Assembly (NCBI GenBank): GCA_963728745.1
Contig: CAVSKY010000006.1
Span: 197,323-261,322 of the forward strand
Source: an uncultured Chloroflexia bacterium
Lineage (GTDB): Bacteria > Chloroflexota > Limnocylindria > Limnocylindrales > CSP1-4
Length of the DNA: 64,000 bases
Direction: 5' to 3'
Below, piece by piece: positions 19,356-29,944 of this stretch (position 1 is its first letter; every line of letters starts with the position of its first letter). The position numbers and the translations under genes were made by a program. The notes beneath the pieces are model-generated. The model saw only the letters and a list, made by a program, of their open reading frames with translations, searched no databases and was not told where the DNA came from.

Positions 19356-20543
19356 GTGGCTGACCAGGAGCTGCACGCACAACTGCAGCGGATCGCGGAG
19401 TCCAAGATCAGTCGGCGGGGTTTCATGCACGGGTCGAGCCTCGCGGCGGCCAGTGCCTTCCTTGCCGCCTGCTCCGGAGGCGGGGGCACCGGCGGCAGCC
19501 AAGCGCCAGCCAGCACGCCAGCCCCGAGCTTCGCGGTCCCGGCGGACATCGAGAAGGAACTGTTCATGTACAACTGGGCCGACTACGTCGACCCGGGCAG
19601 CATGCAGTTGTTCCAGCAGATCTTTGGTGTCGAGAAGTTCACGTACGACACGTTCGAGAGCAACGAGACGATGCTGGCCAAGCTGCAGGCCGGCGGCGTG
19701 GGCCAGTACGACTTCGGCGCGCCAACCGCCGAGTACACCCCGCAGATGGTCGAGAACGGCCTCATCCAGAAGATCGACTGGTCGAAGATCCCGAACCAGA
19801 AGTACATCAACCCGCAATTCAAGAAGCTCTGGTGGGACCCGAACGACGAGTACCAGCTGCCCAAGGACTGGGGCACGACGGGCATCACGAAACGCAACAA
19901 GTTCGTGACCGACGAGGTCAAGACCTGGCGCCAGTTCCTCGACGTCGCGCCGAAGTATTCGGGCAAGATCATCGTCGTCGACTCGATGGGCGACGTCTTC
20001 GTAGCGCCGCTCAAGGCCAACGGCTTCTCGCTGAACTCTGTCGATCCGACGGAGCTTGAAGTCGTCCGCACGGAGTTGCTGAAGCTGGCCCCGCACGTCC
20101 TCGCGCTGAACTCCGACACCTACGAGGTGCCGATCCAGAACGAGGAGGCCGTCCTGGGGCTCACGTGGACGGGCGGCGTGGTGGAGCTTCGCGACGAGGA
20201 GGCGACCAAGGACGTCGAGTACATCGTGCCCGAGGACGGGACCCTGTACTGGATGGACACCTGGGTGATCTTCAATGAGGCACCGCATCCGAACGCGGCC
20301 CACGCCTTCCTCAACTTCATCCAGGACCCCCAGATCCAGGCACAGGAAACGATCGTCAACCGCTACGCCACCCCGAACGATGAGGCGAAGAAGTTCGTGC
20401 CGGCGGAGATCCTCAACGACCCCGCGGTCTTCGTGCCGCAGGCGATCTTCGATAAGGGTCTCCTCGAGGGCGCGAAGGACACCTCGACCGACCCGCTCCG
20501 CAATGACATCTGGGAGGAGTTCCGAGCGAAGATCGGTAGCTGA
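19356..20543 (+). CDS. potD: Polyamine-binding Tat lipoprotein
   Basis: SRRGFM twin-arginine signal + LAAC; YNWADY, DTFESNE, PEDGTLYWMD. Confidence 0.9.
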   Translation: MADQELHAQLQRIAESKISRRGFMHGSSLAAASAFLAACSGGGGTGGSQAPASTPAPSFAVPADIEKELFMYNWADYVDPGSMQLFQQIFGVEKFTYDTFESNETMLAKLQAGGVGQYDFGAPTAEYTPQMVENGLIQKIDWSKIPNQKYINPQFKKLWWDPNDEYQLPKDWGTTGITKRNKFVTDEVKTWRQFLDVAPKYSGKIIVVDSMGDVFVAPLKANGFSLNSVDPTELEVVRTELLKLAPHVLALNSDTYEVPIQNEEAVLGLTWTGGVVELRDEEATKDVEYIVPEDGTLYWMDTWVIFNEAPHPNAAHAFLNFIQDPQIQAQETIVNRYATPNDEAKKFVPAEILNDPAVFVPQAIFDKGLLEGAKDTSTDPLRNDIWEEFRAKIGS

Positions 20544-20584
20544 CCCGACGTAGCCTCCATTCGCCGGCAGGACAGGCGAGCACG

Positions 20585-21511
20585 ATGACCGCAGAAGCTG
20601 GTACGGCGGCACCCGGCGTGGCGCCGCGCCTCGCGTCGCCGGGTCCGCAGAGAGCGGAGCGAGTGCGTTCGGCGCTTGTCTCGATCGGTCTGCTGGCCGG
20701 CGCGAGCATCTGGTATCTCCTGCTCCTGGTCATCCCGCTCGCGATCGTGATCCTGTTCAGCTTCGGCGAGCGTGCTGAGAACGGCGGCTATGCGGGAGGC
20801 TTCACGCTCGCCAACTTCGCCTCCGCGTGGGCGTTCCCGGATCCCTTCCGGACGAGTCTGTTCATGGCCGCAGGCGGGACCATCCTGTGTCTGCTGGTGG
20901 GCCTGCCGCTGGCGTACTACATCGCAACCCGTGCGGGGCGACGCAAAGGCCTCCTGATCGTCCTGCTCGTCATCCCGTTCTGGACGAGCTTCCTGATCCG
21001 GACCTATGCCTGGCTCATCATCCTTGGTCCGACCGGTGCCGCCGGCTTCGTCGGCGACCTCGTCGGCGACCCGAGCTTCCGGCTCCTGGGCACGCCCGTG
21101 GCAGTGCTCCTTGGCGTCGTCTACGGCTACCTGCCGCTCATGGTGTTCCCGATCTACGTCACGCTCGAGCGGATGGATCGGTCGCTCGTGGAGGCATCCA
21201 AGGACCTCGGCGCAGGCCGCCTGGCGACGTTCCGACAGATCACACTGCCGATCATCCTGCCCGGCCTGATCACGGGCAGCATCCTCGTCTTCATCCCGAT
21301 GATGGGTGAGTACGTCATCCCGCAGATCCTCGGCTACGGCCGCGTGTACCTGATCGGGAACGCGCTCGTCAATGAGTTCCTGACCGCGCGCGACTGGCCC
21401 GGTGGCGCGGCGAAGGCGGTCGTCCTCATCGCCGTCATGCTAGTGGCCATCTCGGTCTACCTGTGGTTCGTCAACCGCGGTCGCCGGACCCGCGAGGTCA
21501 GCATGGTATGA
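20585..21511 (+). CDS. potB: Polyamine ABC transporter permease
   Basis: IPFWTSFLIRTYAW, EASKDLGA loop. Confidence 0.9.
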   Translation: MTAEAGTAAPGVAPRLASPGPQRAERVRSALVSIGLLAGASIWYLLLLVIPLAIVILFSFGERAENGGYAGGFTLANFASAWAFPDPFRTSLFMAAGGTILCLLVGLPLAYYIATRAGRRKGLLIVLLVIPFWTSFLIRTYAWLIILGPTGAAGFVGDLVGDPSFRLLGTPVAVLLGVVYGYLPLMVFPIYVTLERMDRSLVEASKDLGAGRLATFRQITLPIILPGLITGSILVFIPMMGEYVIPQILGYGRVYLIGNALVNEFLTARDWPGGAAKAVVLIAVMLVAISVYLWFVNRGRRTREVSMV

Positions 21512-22431
21512 GCACGCCGGCCATCCCGATCCCGACGGCCGAGACGATCCGTCGTGACCGACCTCGAGCAGTCGATCGCTCTGCGCAGTTGGTCGAGATC
21601 TGGCTGCGAACGCACACGGCCCTGGTCTACCTGTTCCTGTTCATCCCGATCGTGATCGTCGTCGTCTTCAGCTTCAACGGGACCGATCGACGCGTCACGG
21701 ATTGGGATGGCCTGAGCCTGCGCTGGTACTCGCATGTCCTGTCCGACCGGATCATCCAGGGAAATCTCTGGAACAGTCTCATCGTCGGGACGCTCACCGC
21801 CACGCTTGCGACGACGTTCGGGACGCTCGGCGCCCTCGGCCTCCAGCGCGTCCCGGGCTGGATCCGCGTCCCGTTCCTGGCCCTCACGTTCATCAGCGTC
21901 ATCATCCCCGAGATCGTGATCGCACTCGCGACGCTCGTCTTCTTCGCGACCTCGTTCGACATCCTCGAAGGGGTGATCGGCACGCGCATCCGGCTCGGCA
22001 TCCCGACGATCGTGGCCGCCCACGTCCTCTTCAACATCAGCCTCGTCCTGCTCCTGGTCCGTGCCCGCCTATCGGGCATGGACCGAACGCACGTGGAGGC
22101 GAGTTACGACCTGTACGGGACGCCGTGGCGCACGTTCTGGCAGATCACCTTCCCGCAACTGCTGCCGGCCGTGGTCGCGGGCTTCCTGCTGGCGTTCACG
22201 TTCAGTTTCGATGACTTCGTGATCACCTCGTTCGTCTCGGGTCCCGGCTCTGGCACGCTGCCGCTGTACGTGTTCGGCCAGATCAAGACCGGCGTCACGC
22301 CGGCCACGAACGCGGTGGCTGCGCTCATGCTGCTGATCACGCTGGCCGTGCTGCTGTTCGGCCAGTGGCTGACGCGGCGCGGAGCGAAGCGCGGCGAATC
22401 GGTCGCGACGATCGTGACGCAGTCGAACTAG
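21508..22431 (+). CDS. potC: Polyamine ABC transporter permease
   Basis: IPEIV, EASYDL, FTFSFDDFVIT, TLPLY; ATGA overlap with potB. Confidence 0.9.
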   Translation: MSTPAIPIPTAETIRRDRPRAVDRSAQLVEIWLRTHTALVYLFLFIPIVIVVVFSFNGTDRRVTDWDGLSLRWYSHVLSDRIIQGNLWNSLIVGTLTATLATTFGTLGALGLQRVPGWIRVPFLALTFISVIIPEIVIALATLVFFATSFDILEGVIGTRIRLGIPTIVAAHVLFNISLVLLLVRARLSGMDRTHVEASYDLYGTPWRTFWQITFPQLLPAVVAGFLLAFTFSFDDFVITSFVSGPGSGTLPLYVFGQIKTGVTPATNAVAALMLLITLAVLLFGQWLTRRGAKRGESVATIVTQSN

Positions 22432-22459
22432 CGCCGAGGCCCACCCCGCGCCAAGCGAG

Positions 22460-23689
22460 TCAGGCGGTGACCGAGATCGCCTCAGGCTCCGGCAGTCCCG
22501 CCTCCGACGCCAGAAGCGCGGCCTTGTCGGTGCGCTCCCAGGGCAGGTCGAGATCCGGTCGCCCGAAGTGCCCGTACGCGGCCGTCTGGCGGTAGATCGG
22601 CCGGCGCAGGTCGAGCGCAGAGATGATCGACGCGGGCCGGAGGTCGAAATGGCGCTCGATGAGTGTCTGGATGGCGGCATCGTCGATCGTCCCGGTCCCG
22701 AAGGAATCGACGCTGAAGCTGATCGGTCGCGCGATACCGATCCCGTAGGCGACCTCGACCTCGAAGCGGTCGGCCAGCCCGGCCGCGACCACGTTCTTGG
22801 CGACCCATCGGGCCGCATACGCAGCCGAGCGATCGACCTTGGTCGGATCCTTGCCCGAGAACGCGCCGCCGCCGTGACGCGCCATCCCGCCGTAGCTATC
22901 GACGATGATCTTGCGACCGGTCAGGCCCGCGTCGCCCATCGGCCCACCGGTGACGAAGCGACCCGTCGGGTTGACGTGCATGACGGGGTCGGTCGCGCGG
23001 AGCTCGCTCGGTATCGTCGGCAGGATCACCGTTTCGACGATGTCCGAGCGCAGACGCTCTGCCCGGACGTCGGGGTCATGCTGGGCCGAGACCACGACCG
23101 TCCGCACACGTACGGGAACGCCCCGCTCGTACTCGACGGTCACCTGGGTCTTGCCGTCCGGGCGGAGGTACGGCAGCTGGCCCGACTTGCGAGCCTCCGC
23201 GAGCCGGCGGGCCATCCTGTGGGCGAGCGCGATCGGCAGCGGCATCAGCTCGGGCGTCTCCCGGCAGGCGAAGCCGAACATCATTCCCTGGTCACCAGCG
23301 CCGAGCTCGAACGCCGGGGCCGAGTCGTCGCGGACCTCGAGGGCAGCGTCGACGCCCTGGGCGATGTCCGCTGACTGCTCCTTGATCGACACCAGCGTCC
23401 CGCAGGTCAGGTAATCGAAGCCGTACTCGGCCTTGGTGTAGCCGATGTCCTTGACCGTCTCGCGGACGATCGCGGCCACGTCCACGTATTCCGCCTTGCT
23501 CGTGATCTCGCCGAGGACCATGACGATCCCGGTCGTGGTCGCCGCCTCGCACGCGACGCGGGAATTGGGGTCCTGGCGGATGAACGAGTCCAGCACGGCG
23601 TCCGAGACCTGATCGCACAGCTTGTCGGGGTGGCCCTCCGTGACGGATTCGGAGGTGAACAGGTACTGCGACGCGTCGACGATGCTCAT
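22460..23689 (-). CDS. metK: S-adenosylmethionine synthetase
   Basis: [28 protein letters not shown]. Confidence 0.98.
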   Translation of the reverse strand: MSIVDASQYLFTSESVTEGHPDKLCDQVSDAVLDSFIRQDPNSRVACEAATTTGIVMVLGEITSKAEYVDVAAIVRETVKDIGYTKAEYGFDYLTCGTLVSIKEQSADIAQGVDAALEVRDDSAPAFELGAGDQGMMFGFACRETPELMPLPIALAHRMARRLAEARKSGQLPYLRPDGKTQVTVEYERGVPVRVRTVVVSAQHDPDVRAERLRSDIVETVILPTIPSELRATDPVMHVNPTGRFVTGGPMGDAGLTGRKIIVDSYGGMARHGGGAFSGKDPTKVDRSAAYAARWVAKNVVAAGLADRFEVEVAYGIGIARPISFSVDSFGTGTIDDAAIQTLIERHFDLRPASIISALDLRRPIYRQTAAYGHFGRPDLDLPWERTDKAALLASEAGLPEPEAISVTA

Positions 23690-23722
23690 GGCGGCGAAGG
23701 GTAGCACCTCATCCCGCGCACC

Positions 23723-25753
23723 TCAGCCGACGGCCACCCGGCGGCGCTCGCGCCAGGCTTCGATGCCCGGCAACGGCAGCCGCTCGACCTCGTCGGCCGG
23801 TGTGAAACCGAATACCTCGCCGAGGAACGCCAAGCGCGCCTCGATGGTGCGCCGTTGGGCGCCCTCACCCCTGAACCCATGCCCCTCCCCTTCGAACGCG
23901 AGATAAGCGTGCGGGATGCCCCGCGCCGCGAGCGCCTCGGCCAGTGCCGCAGCCTGGGCCGGTGGGACGACCTTGTCCTCCAGACCCTGCAGGATGAGCA
24001 CCGGGCACGATATCGCTTCGAGGTAGTTGATCGGCGAGCGTTCGCGGTAGCGATCCGCCATCGCCGGGTACGGCCCGATCAGTCGGCCCATGTAGCGCGA
24101 CTCGAACTTGTGGGTGTGGCGTGCGAGCTGCTCGAGGTCGCCCACGCCGAACAGGCTGATGCCGGCCGTGAACACGTCGCGGAACGCCAACGCGGCAAGG
24201 GTCGTGTATCCACCGGCGCTACCGCCTTCGATGGCCAGGCGGTCACCATCGACGTCACCGCGATCGACCAGGTAGCGCGCCGCGCCGATGCAGTCGTCGA
24301 CGTCCACCACGCCCCACTGGCCCTCGAGGGTCTGGCGGTACTCCCGCCCGTAGCCGGTGCTGCCGCCATAGTCGACATCGACCAGCGCGATCCCGCGCGA
24401 CGTCAGGAACTGGTAGCTCGGCTCGAGCGCGTTGTTCGCGCTTGAGGTGGGGCCGCCATGCGAGCGCACGACGAGCGGTGGCAGCTCGCCGTCGGGTGCC
24501 ACGGCATCAGGGTTGACCGGTCGATAGAAGAGCGCGTGGGCCATGCGTCCACCGGCGGTCGGGAAGCTGATGGGCTCCGGCATCGAGATGTAGGCGGGGT
24601 CGATCACGGTCGATGTCGAGTGGCGCAGGACGCCGGCCGTCGCGAGCGTGGAGGGGTCGAGCAGCACGACCATCGACGGCTCCGTGGGCGTCCCGACATT
24701 GGCGACGACCCCGGCCCCGCCGACGCGGATCGTGCCGATGTCGGTGTAGACCGATTCGACCTCGCCGATGAGGTCGCCCGGCGCGATGTGGAACAACCGA
24801 TCGCGACCGCGGGCCCGGCCGACAGCAACGATCGAGCCGTCCGGCAGGAATGCGTACGAGGACCGGTCGAACACCCAAGCCGGGTCGGCGAACTCGGCTT
24901 CGAGCGGCGTGAGGGGCTCGAGCCTCGGGCCTTCGGCCAGGCGGTAGATGTTCCACCAGCCCGTCCGGTCGCTGACGAAATGCAGCACCCCGTCGGGCGA
25001 CCACTCCGGCTGGGCGACGGATTCGTCGACCCCGCCCGCGGCGAGATCACTCGGGCCGAGGGAGCCGTCGTCGCCGACCGGCGCCACGCGCAGCCTCGTG
25101 GCGTCCCAGGGCATGTCCGGGTGGTCCCATTCGAGCCACGCGAGCCGCGTGCCGTCCGGCGACAGCCGCGGCGCGGCGAGGAAATCCGGACCGGCGTACA
25201 GGACCAGCGGCGGGCGCTCGCCGTCGAGCGGCACGTCGACGATCGCGGCGGTCGGCTCGCGTTCCCCGGAGTGGTCCTCGCGGACGGCCAGGAAGCGCCG
25301 GCGACGGCCGTCGAAGCGGAGATCGGCGTAGCGGAACGGGCCCTCGGGCGTGATGGGCTGCGGCGTGTCGTCGCCCGGGTCGAGCCGGTACAACCGGCCG
25401 TCCTTGACGTACGAGAACAGGATCGTGCCGCCCGCGACGGTGAAGGCGCCGCCGCCGTACTCGTGGACCCGGGTGCGGACGTCGAATGGCGGCGGCGTCC
25501 GGTCGATCGTCGACCCGTCCTGCGCACGGTGCACGATGACGCTGCGGCCCGCTTCGGCCGGCCGCCCTTCGATCCAGTAGACGTCGTCGCCGTCGACCCA
25601 CGGGTCGCTCAGCCGGACGGCACCGACGACGATGTCATCGACGCGGATCGGCGAGGGCCAGCTGCCATAGGGCAACGTGACCGGCCCCGGATCGGCCGAT
25701 CCGCTCGGCTCGGCGGGTTCCGCGGTCTGCTCGGCGGTGAGCTCGGCGTCCAT
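23723..25753 (-). CDS. S9 family peptidase (prolyl oligopeptidase/acylaminoacyl peptidase)
   Basis: LPYGSWPSP, HGGPT, GGSAGG (Ser), QGLEDKVV (Asp), GEGHGF (His). Confidence 0.93.
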   Translation of the reverse strand: MDAELTAEQTAEPAEPSGSADPGPVTLPYGSWPSPIRVDDIVVGAVRLSDPWVDGDDVYWIEGRPAEAGRSVIVHRAQDGSTIDRTPPPFDVRTRVHEYGGGAFTVAGGTILFSYVKDGRLYRLDPGDDTPQPITPEGPFRYADLRFDGRRRRFLAVREDHSGEREPTAAIVDVPLDGERPPLVLYAGPDFLAAPRLSPDGTRLAWLEWDHPDMPWDATRLRVAPVGDDGSLGPSDLAAGGVDESVAQPEWSPDGVLHFVSDRTGWWNIYRLAEGPRLEPLTPLEAEFADPAWVFDRSSYAFLPDGSIVAVGRARGRDRLFHIAPGDLIGEVESVYTDIGTIRVGGAGVVANVGTPTEPSMVVLLDPSTLATAGVLRHSTSTVIDPAYISMPEPISFPTAGGRMAHALFYRPVNPDAVAPDGELPPLVVRSHGGPTSSANNALEPSYQFLTSRGIALVDVDYGGSTGYGREYRQTLEGQWGVVDVDDCIGAARYLVDRGDVDGDRLAIEGGSAGGYTTLAALAFRDVFTAGISLFGVGDLEQLARHTHKFESRYMGRLIGPYPAMADRYRERSPINYLEAISCPVLILQGLEDKVVPPAQAAALAEALAARGIPHAYLAFEGEGHGFRGEGAQRRTIEARLAFLGEVFGFTPADEVERLPLPGIEAWRERRRVAVG

Positions 25754-25792
25754 CGCTCGAACCCTACCGCGTCCCGTGCTCGGGCGGCGGCG

Positions 25793-27070
25793 TCAGGTGC
25801 CGTGCTGCCAGGAGGCGACGTACTCGGACTGTTCGGGAGTCATCGGCTCGAGCTCGATGCCCAGGGCCGCGAGCTTGAGGCGCGCGACCTCGGCGTCGAT
25901 CGCCTCCGGCACGACGTACACCATCGGCTCGAGCTCCGCATGGTGCTTGGCGACGTACTCCGCACACAGCGCCTGGTTGGCGAAGCTCATGTCCATCACC
26001 GCCGCCGGGTGGCCCTCGGCCGCACCGAGGTTGACCAACCGGCCCTCCGCGATCAGGTGCAGCTTCTTGCCGCCGAGGTCGAATTCCTGGACGTTGTCAC
26101 GGACCTCGCGGACGTGACCCTCGGCTAGTGCGCGCAGCGCGGCGAGGTCGAGCTCGGCGTCGAAATGCCCGGAGTTCGCCATGACCGCCCCGTCGCGCAT
26201 CGCCTCGAAATGCTCGCGACGGAAGACGTTGAGATTGCCGGTCGCCGTCACGAACAGCTCACCCCAGCGCGCGGCGTCGCTATGGGTCATCACCGCGAAC
26301 CCGTCCATCAGCGCCTCGAGTGCCCGGACCGGATCGACCTCGACGACGGCGACGTGGGCGCCATGCCCGGACATCCGTGCCGCGATGCCCTTGCCGACCC
26401 AGCCGTAGCCCGCGATGACGACCTTCCGTCCGGCGATGAGCATGTTCGTCGCCCTGACGATGCCATCGACCGTGGACTGACCCGTGCCGTAGCGGTTGTC
26501 GAAGAGGTGCTTGGTCAGCGCCTCGTTGACCGCCACGACCGGGAAGCCGAGTGCGCCGTCGGCAGCCATGGCCTTGAGCCGGATGACGCCGGTCGTGGTC
26601 TCCTCGGTGCCGGCGAGGACTTCCTTGACCTGCTCCGGCCGCTCGCTGTGGAGCAGCGAAACGAGGTCGCAACCGTCATCCATCGTGATCTGGGGATGGG
26701 TGTCGGCGACCGCCTTGAGATGGTCGTAATAGGTGTCGCGGTCCTCGCCGCGGCGCGCGAACGTGGGGATGCCGTATTCGGCGACCAGCGCGGCAGCGAC
26801 ATCGTCCTTGGTCGACAGCGGGTTCGAGGCAGCCAGCACGACGTCGGCCCCGGCGGCCTTGAGCGTCCGCATCAGGTTGGCCGTCTCGGTCGTGACATGG
26901 AGGCACGCGCCGACGCGGATGCCGTCGAGCGGCCGATCGCGCTCGAAGCGCTCGCGGATCAGGCGCAACACGGGCATCTCCCGCTCGGCCCACTCGATCC
27001 GGCGCACGCCCTCGGAGGCTAGTCCCAGGTCGGTCACGTCATGGGCAGGCAGGGTGGTCGGTGCGGTCAT
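25793..27070 (-). CDS. ahcY: Adenosylhomocysteinase
   Basis: CLHVTTETA, DDGCD, EETTTG, KHLFDNRYGTGQS, EGRLVNLGAAEGHP. Confidence 0.97.
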   Translation of the reverse strand: MTAPTTLPAHDVTDLGLASEGVRRIEWAEREMPVLRLIRERFERDRPLDGIRVGACLHVTTETANLMRTLKAAGADVVLAASNPLSTKDDVAAALVAEYGIPTFARRGEDRDTYYDHLKAVADTHPQITMDDGCDLVSLLHSERPEQVKEVLAGTEETTTGVIRLKAMAADGALGFPVVAVNEALTKHLFDNRYGTGQSTVDGIVRATNMLIAGRKVVIAGYGWVGKGIAARMSGHGAHVAVVEVDPVRALEALMDGFAVMTHSDAARWGELFVTATGNLNVFRREHFEAMRDGAVMANSGHFDAELDLAALRALAEGHVREVRDNVQEFDLGGKKLHLIAEGRLVNLGAAEGHPAAVMDMSFANQALCAEYVAKHHAELEPMVYVVPEAIDAEVARLKLAALGIELEPMTPEQSEYVASWQHGT

Positions 27071-27933
27071 CGGCGGTCGGTCTCCTTGCGGGCGAAAAGG
27101 CGGCGCAGCGGCGCCGTGATCTCGGCCCACGGCGGGCCGAGTCGATGGATGAGGCGTTCCTCGAAGCGAGCGTGCTCGGCAAAGCCGAGGTGGCGGTAGG
27201 CGTTGATCGCAGGCGGGTTGTCGGCGCGGACGTTGAGCACGACCTGGTCGCAGGTGCGCAGGAGTTCCGCAGTGACCGCGCCGGTGACGGCGGTCGCAAA
27301 CCCGCGGCCGCGGAAGTCCGTGTGCGTCAGCACGTTGCCCACGACCGCCAGCCGCGCGGTCGGGCTGACGACATGCGTGCCGGCCGCGGCGATCAGCCGG
27401 CCATTCACGCGCATCCCGTAGTACACCCCGTCGGCGATGGCCGTCGACGGCAGCCATGAGGCGAACCCGAGCTGGTAGAGCCGGTTCAGCTCCCCGATCT
27501 CGACCGGGAGCAGCCGCTGGACGGTCGCCGGATAGGGTCGGAAGTGCGCCCGATCGACCCACATCCGGACCATCTCGGGACCCGGATCCACGCGGTACTG
27601 GGTCTCGATCGCGGGAAGCATCTCGGATCTCGCGGCGATGTATGCGGCGCGCGGCCGGATCACGTCGCGCAGGACCGCGGCGATGCCGTCGGTCGAGCCC
27701 ATGACGAACAGCGGTTGGGGCGTCGGCCCTGTGTACTCGAGGCCCACCGCCACGAGCTCATCGCCCTCGTAGGCCGCTCCCCATCGCGTGCGCGCGAACT
27801 CGCGCTCCTCGAGGTCGCAGATCGCGTAGGCGGCGTACAGCCGATCACCGTTGAGGAAGGCGCGTAGCAGCTCGCGGTCGGTGGTCTGGCGGGCGATCGT
27901 CGCCGAGCGTCGGCCGATGACGACGCTGGCCAT
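27067..27933 (-). CDS. GNAT family N-acetyltransferase
   Basis: VGNVLTHTDFRGRGFA acetyl-CoA motif, NPPAINAYRHLGF; overlaps both neighbours. Confidence 0.88.
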   Translation of the reverse strand: MASVVIGRRSATIARQTTDRELLRAFLNGDRLYAAYAICDLEEREFARTRWGAAYEGDELVAVGLEYTGPTPQPLFVMGSTDGIAAVLRDVIRPRAAYIAARSEMLPAIETQYRVDPGPEMVRMWVDRAHFRPYPATVQRLLPVEIGELNRLYQLGFASWLPSTAIADGVYYGMRVNGRLIAAAGTHVVSPTARLAVVGNVLTHTDFRGRGFATAVTGAVTAELLRTCDQVVLNVRADNPPAINAYRHLGFAEHARFEERLIHRLGPPWAEITAPLRRLFARKETDRR

Positions 27934-29291
27934 CAGGTGCTCGTCGCGGCGAGGACCGCGAAGCTCGGCGTGGTGGCGCGCCGCGCGTCGCGTCGCGCGA
28001 CCGCATCGGCGAGCGACCCGTGGAATGGCGGGCGCACCACCCCCTCCTCGGTGATGACGCCGGTGATGAGCTCGGCGGGCGTGACGTCGAATGCCGGGTT
28101 GCGAACCGGCGTGTCCGGCGGGGCCAGGCGGACGCCGCGCACCATGAGGACCTCGGCCGCAGCGCGCTCCTCGATCGGGACGTCGGCGCCCGTGGCGGTC
28201 GCAAGGTCGATGGAGCTGGTGGGAGCGGCGACGTAGAAGGGGATCTTGTGGCGTGCCGCCAGGACGGCCAGCGGGTATGTCCCGACCTTGTTGGCCGTAT
28301 CCCCGTTCGCCACGATGCGGTCCGCGCCGACGATGATGACGTCGACTTCGCCCTGTGCCATCAGGTGGCCGGCCGCCACGTCCGGGATCAGGCTGTGGGG
28401 CACGCCCGCCTGTGCAAGCTCCCACGCCGTGAGGCGTGCACCCTGGAGATACGGCCTCGACTCGTCGACCCAGACATGGATCTCGCGACCGTCGTGGTGG
28501 GCCACCTGGACGACGCCGAGCGCGGTCCCGAACTGCCCGCAGGCGAGCGGCCCGGTATTGCAGTGGGTCAGGATCCGCAACGGGCCGTCGGCGGGGAAGA
28601 CGAGCTCGTCGACCCCGAACCGGGCCAGCCGGCCGTGGTCCTCGGTCGCCTCGAAGACGATCGCGTCCGCCTCGGAGCGGATCGCGGCGGCGATGGCGTC
28701 GCCGTCCTCCGACAGATCGCCGACGGCGTCGTAGGCCGCCATCACCCGATCGACCGCCCAGCCCAGGTTGACCGCCGTTGGTCGCGAGTTGCGCAGCACG
28801 TTCGCCGCACCGCGCAGCGTCGCGCGCCGAGCGTACGGCCTGGTGCCCCGGTTCTGATGCGCCGTCAGCGCCAGCCCCAGTGCCGCGACCTGGCCGATCG
28901 CGGGCGCGCCGCGCACGATCATCTCGCGGATCGCGTATGCGACCTGGGCCGCGTTCCTCGCGTCGAATTCCTCAAGGACGTCGGGCAGCTTGCGCTGGTC
29001 GACGATGTGGATCGTGCCCGGGCTCTCGCGGAACGAGGCGCGGAACCCTGTCGGCGGCCCCGCCGGGACGTCGCCCGGCGCGTATGACGATGGGTCCAGG
29101 ATCGCGTTGGCAGCGTCGGCCGATGCGCGCTGGAGTGCCTGGGCCGCACCGACCACGGTCGCCGCACCGTTGAACACGTCACCGGCGAACTGGCGGAAGA
29201 AGCGTCGACGCGCGAGGTCCGCGCCTTCGCCGGCGGGCGGGAGCTCGGCGGCCGCCTCCGCGGGAGTGTCGGGTCCGGACGGATCGGTCAC
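27933..29291 (-). CDS. mtnA: Methylthioribose-1-phosphate isomerase with N-terminal extension
   Basis: DQRKLP, VRGAPAIG, SRPTAVNL, THCNTG, ESRPYLQGARLT, GDTANKVG, NPAFDVTP. Confidence 0.95.
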   Translation of the reverse strand: MTDPSGPDTPAEAAAELPPAGEGADLARRRFFRQFAGDVFNGAATVVGAAQALQRASADAANAILDPSSYAPGDVPAGPPTGFRASFRESPGTIHIVDQRKLPDVLEEFDARNAAQVAYAIREMIVRGAPAIGQVAALGLALTAHQNRGTRPYARRATLRGAANVLRNSRPTAVNLGWAVDRVMAAYDAVGDLSEDGDAIAAAIRSEADAIVFEATEDHGRLARFGVDELVFPADGPLRILTHCNTGPLACGQFGTALGVVQVAHHDGREIHVWVDESRPYLQGARLTAWELAQAGVPHSLIPDVAAGHLMAQGEVDVIIVGADRIVANGDTANKVGTYPLAVLAARHKIPFYVAAPTSSIDLATATGADVPIEERAAAEVLMVRGVRLAPPDTPVRNPAFDVTPAELITGVITEEGVVRPPFHGSLADAVARRDARRATTPSFAVLAATST

Positions 29292-29320
29292 TGTCGCGAT
29301 ACGGCCTCGTTCGGGCCCGT

Positions 29321-29842
29321 TCAGTACTGGATGACGCTGGTGACCCGGCGTCCGTCCAGCCGTTCTCGACCTTTGAGGAATTCGAGCTCGACGAGGAACG
29401 CGAGACCGATGACCTCGCCCTTGAGCCGCTCGATGAGCTCGATCGTGCCCTTGACGGTGCCGCCCGTCGCGAGCAGGTCGTCGACGATCAGGACCTTCTG
29501 GCCGGGCTGGATCGCGTCGCGGTGGATCTCGAGGGTGTTCGAGCCGTACTCGAGCGCATATTCGACCGTGATCGTCTCAGCCGGCAGCTTGCCGAGCTTG
29601 CGGACCGGAACGAGCCCGGCGTCGAGCAGGTAGGCCAACGGGGCACTGAAGATGAACCCGCGCGACTCCATCCCGACAACGATGTCGACCTGCTCGTCCT
29701 TGTACGGCTCGACCATGAGATCGATGGACTCCTTGTAGGCGGCCGGGTCCTTGAGCAGCGTCGTGATGTCGTAGAAGAGGATCCCTGGCTTCGGGAAGTC
29801 GGGGATCTCGCGGATCCGTTCGCGAAGCGCCTCGGCGGACAT
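29321..29842 (-). CDS. apt: Adenine phosphoribosyltransferase
   Basis: IPDFPKPGILFYDIT, ESRGF, VDDLLATGGT. Confidence 0.97.
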   Translation of the reverse strand: MSAEALRERIREIPDFPKPGILFYDITTLLKDPAAYKESIDLMVEPYKDEQVDIVVGMESRGFIFSAPLAYLLDAGLVPVRKLGKLPAETITVEYALEYGSNTLEIHRDAIQPGQKVLIVDDLLATGGTVKGTIELIERLKGEVIGLAFLVELEFLKGRERLDGRRVTSVIQY

Positions 29843-29944
29843 CGGGATCGGGTCCTCCTGGGTGGGTCACGCAGGCTGCGGCCGGACGTCTGGGCGTCGC
29901 TGGGCCGGCCGAAAGTCTACCGCAGGCGTGCCCACGTCCCCGTG

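Noticed and set aside
29843-29944. SAM or SAH riboswitch upstream of the apt-mtnA-ahcY-metK block
   Set aside because: Only a generic GC hairpin, no recognisable aptamer consensus; metK has no room for a leader
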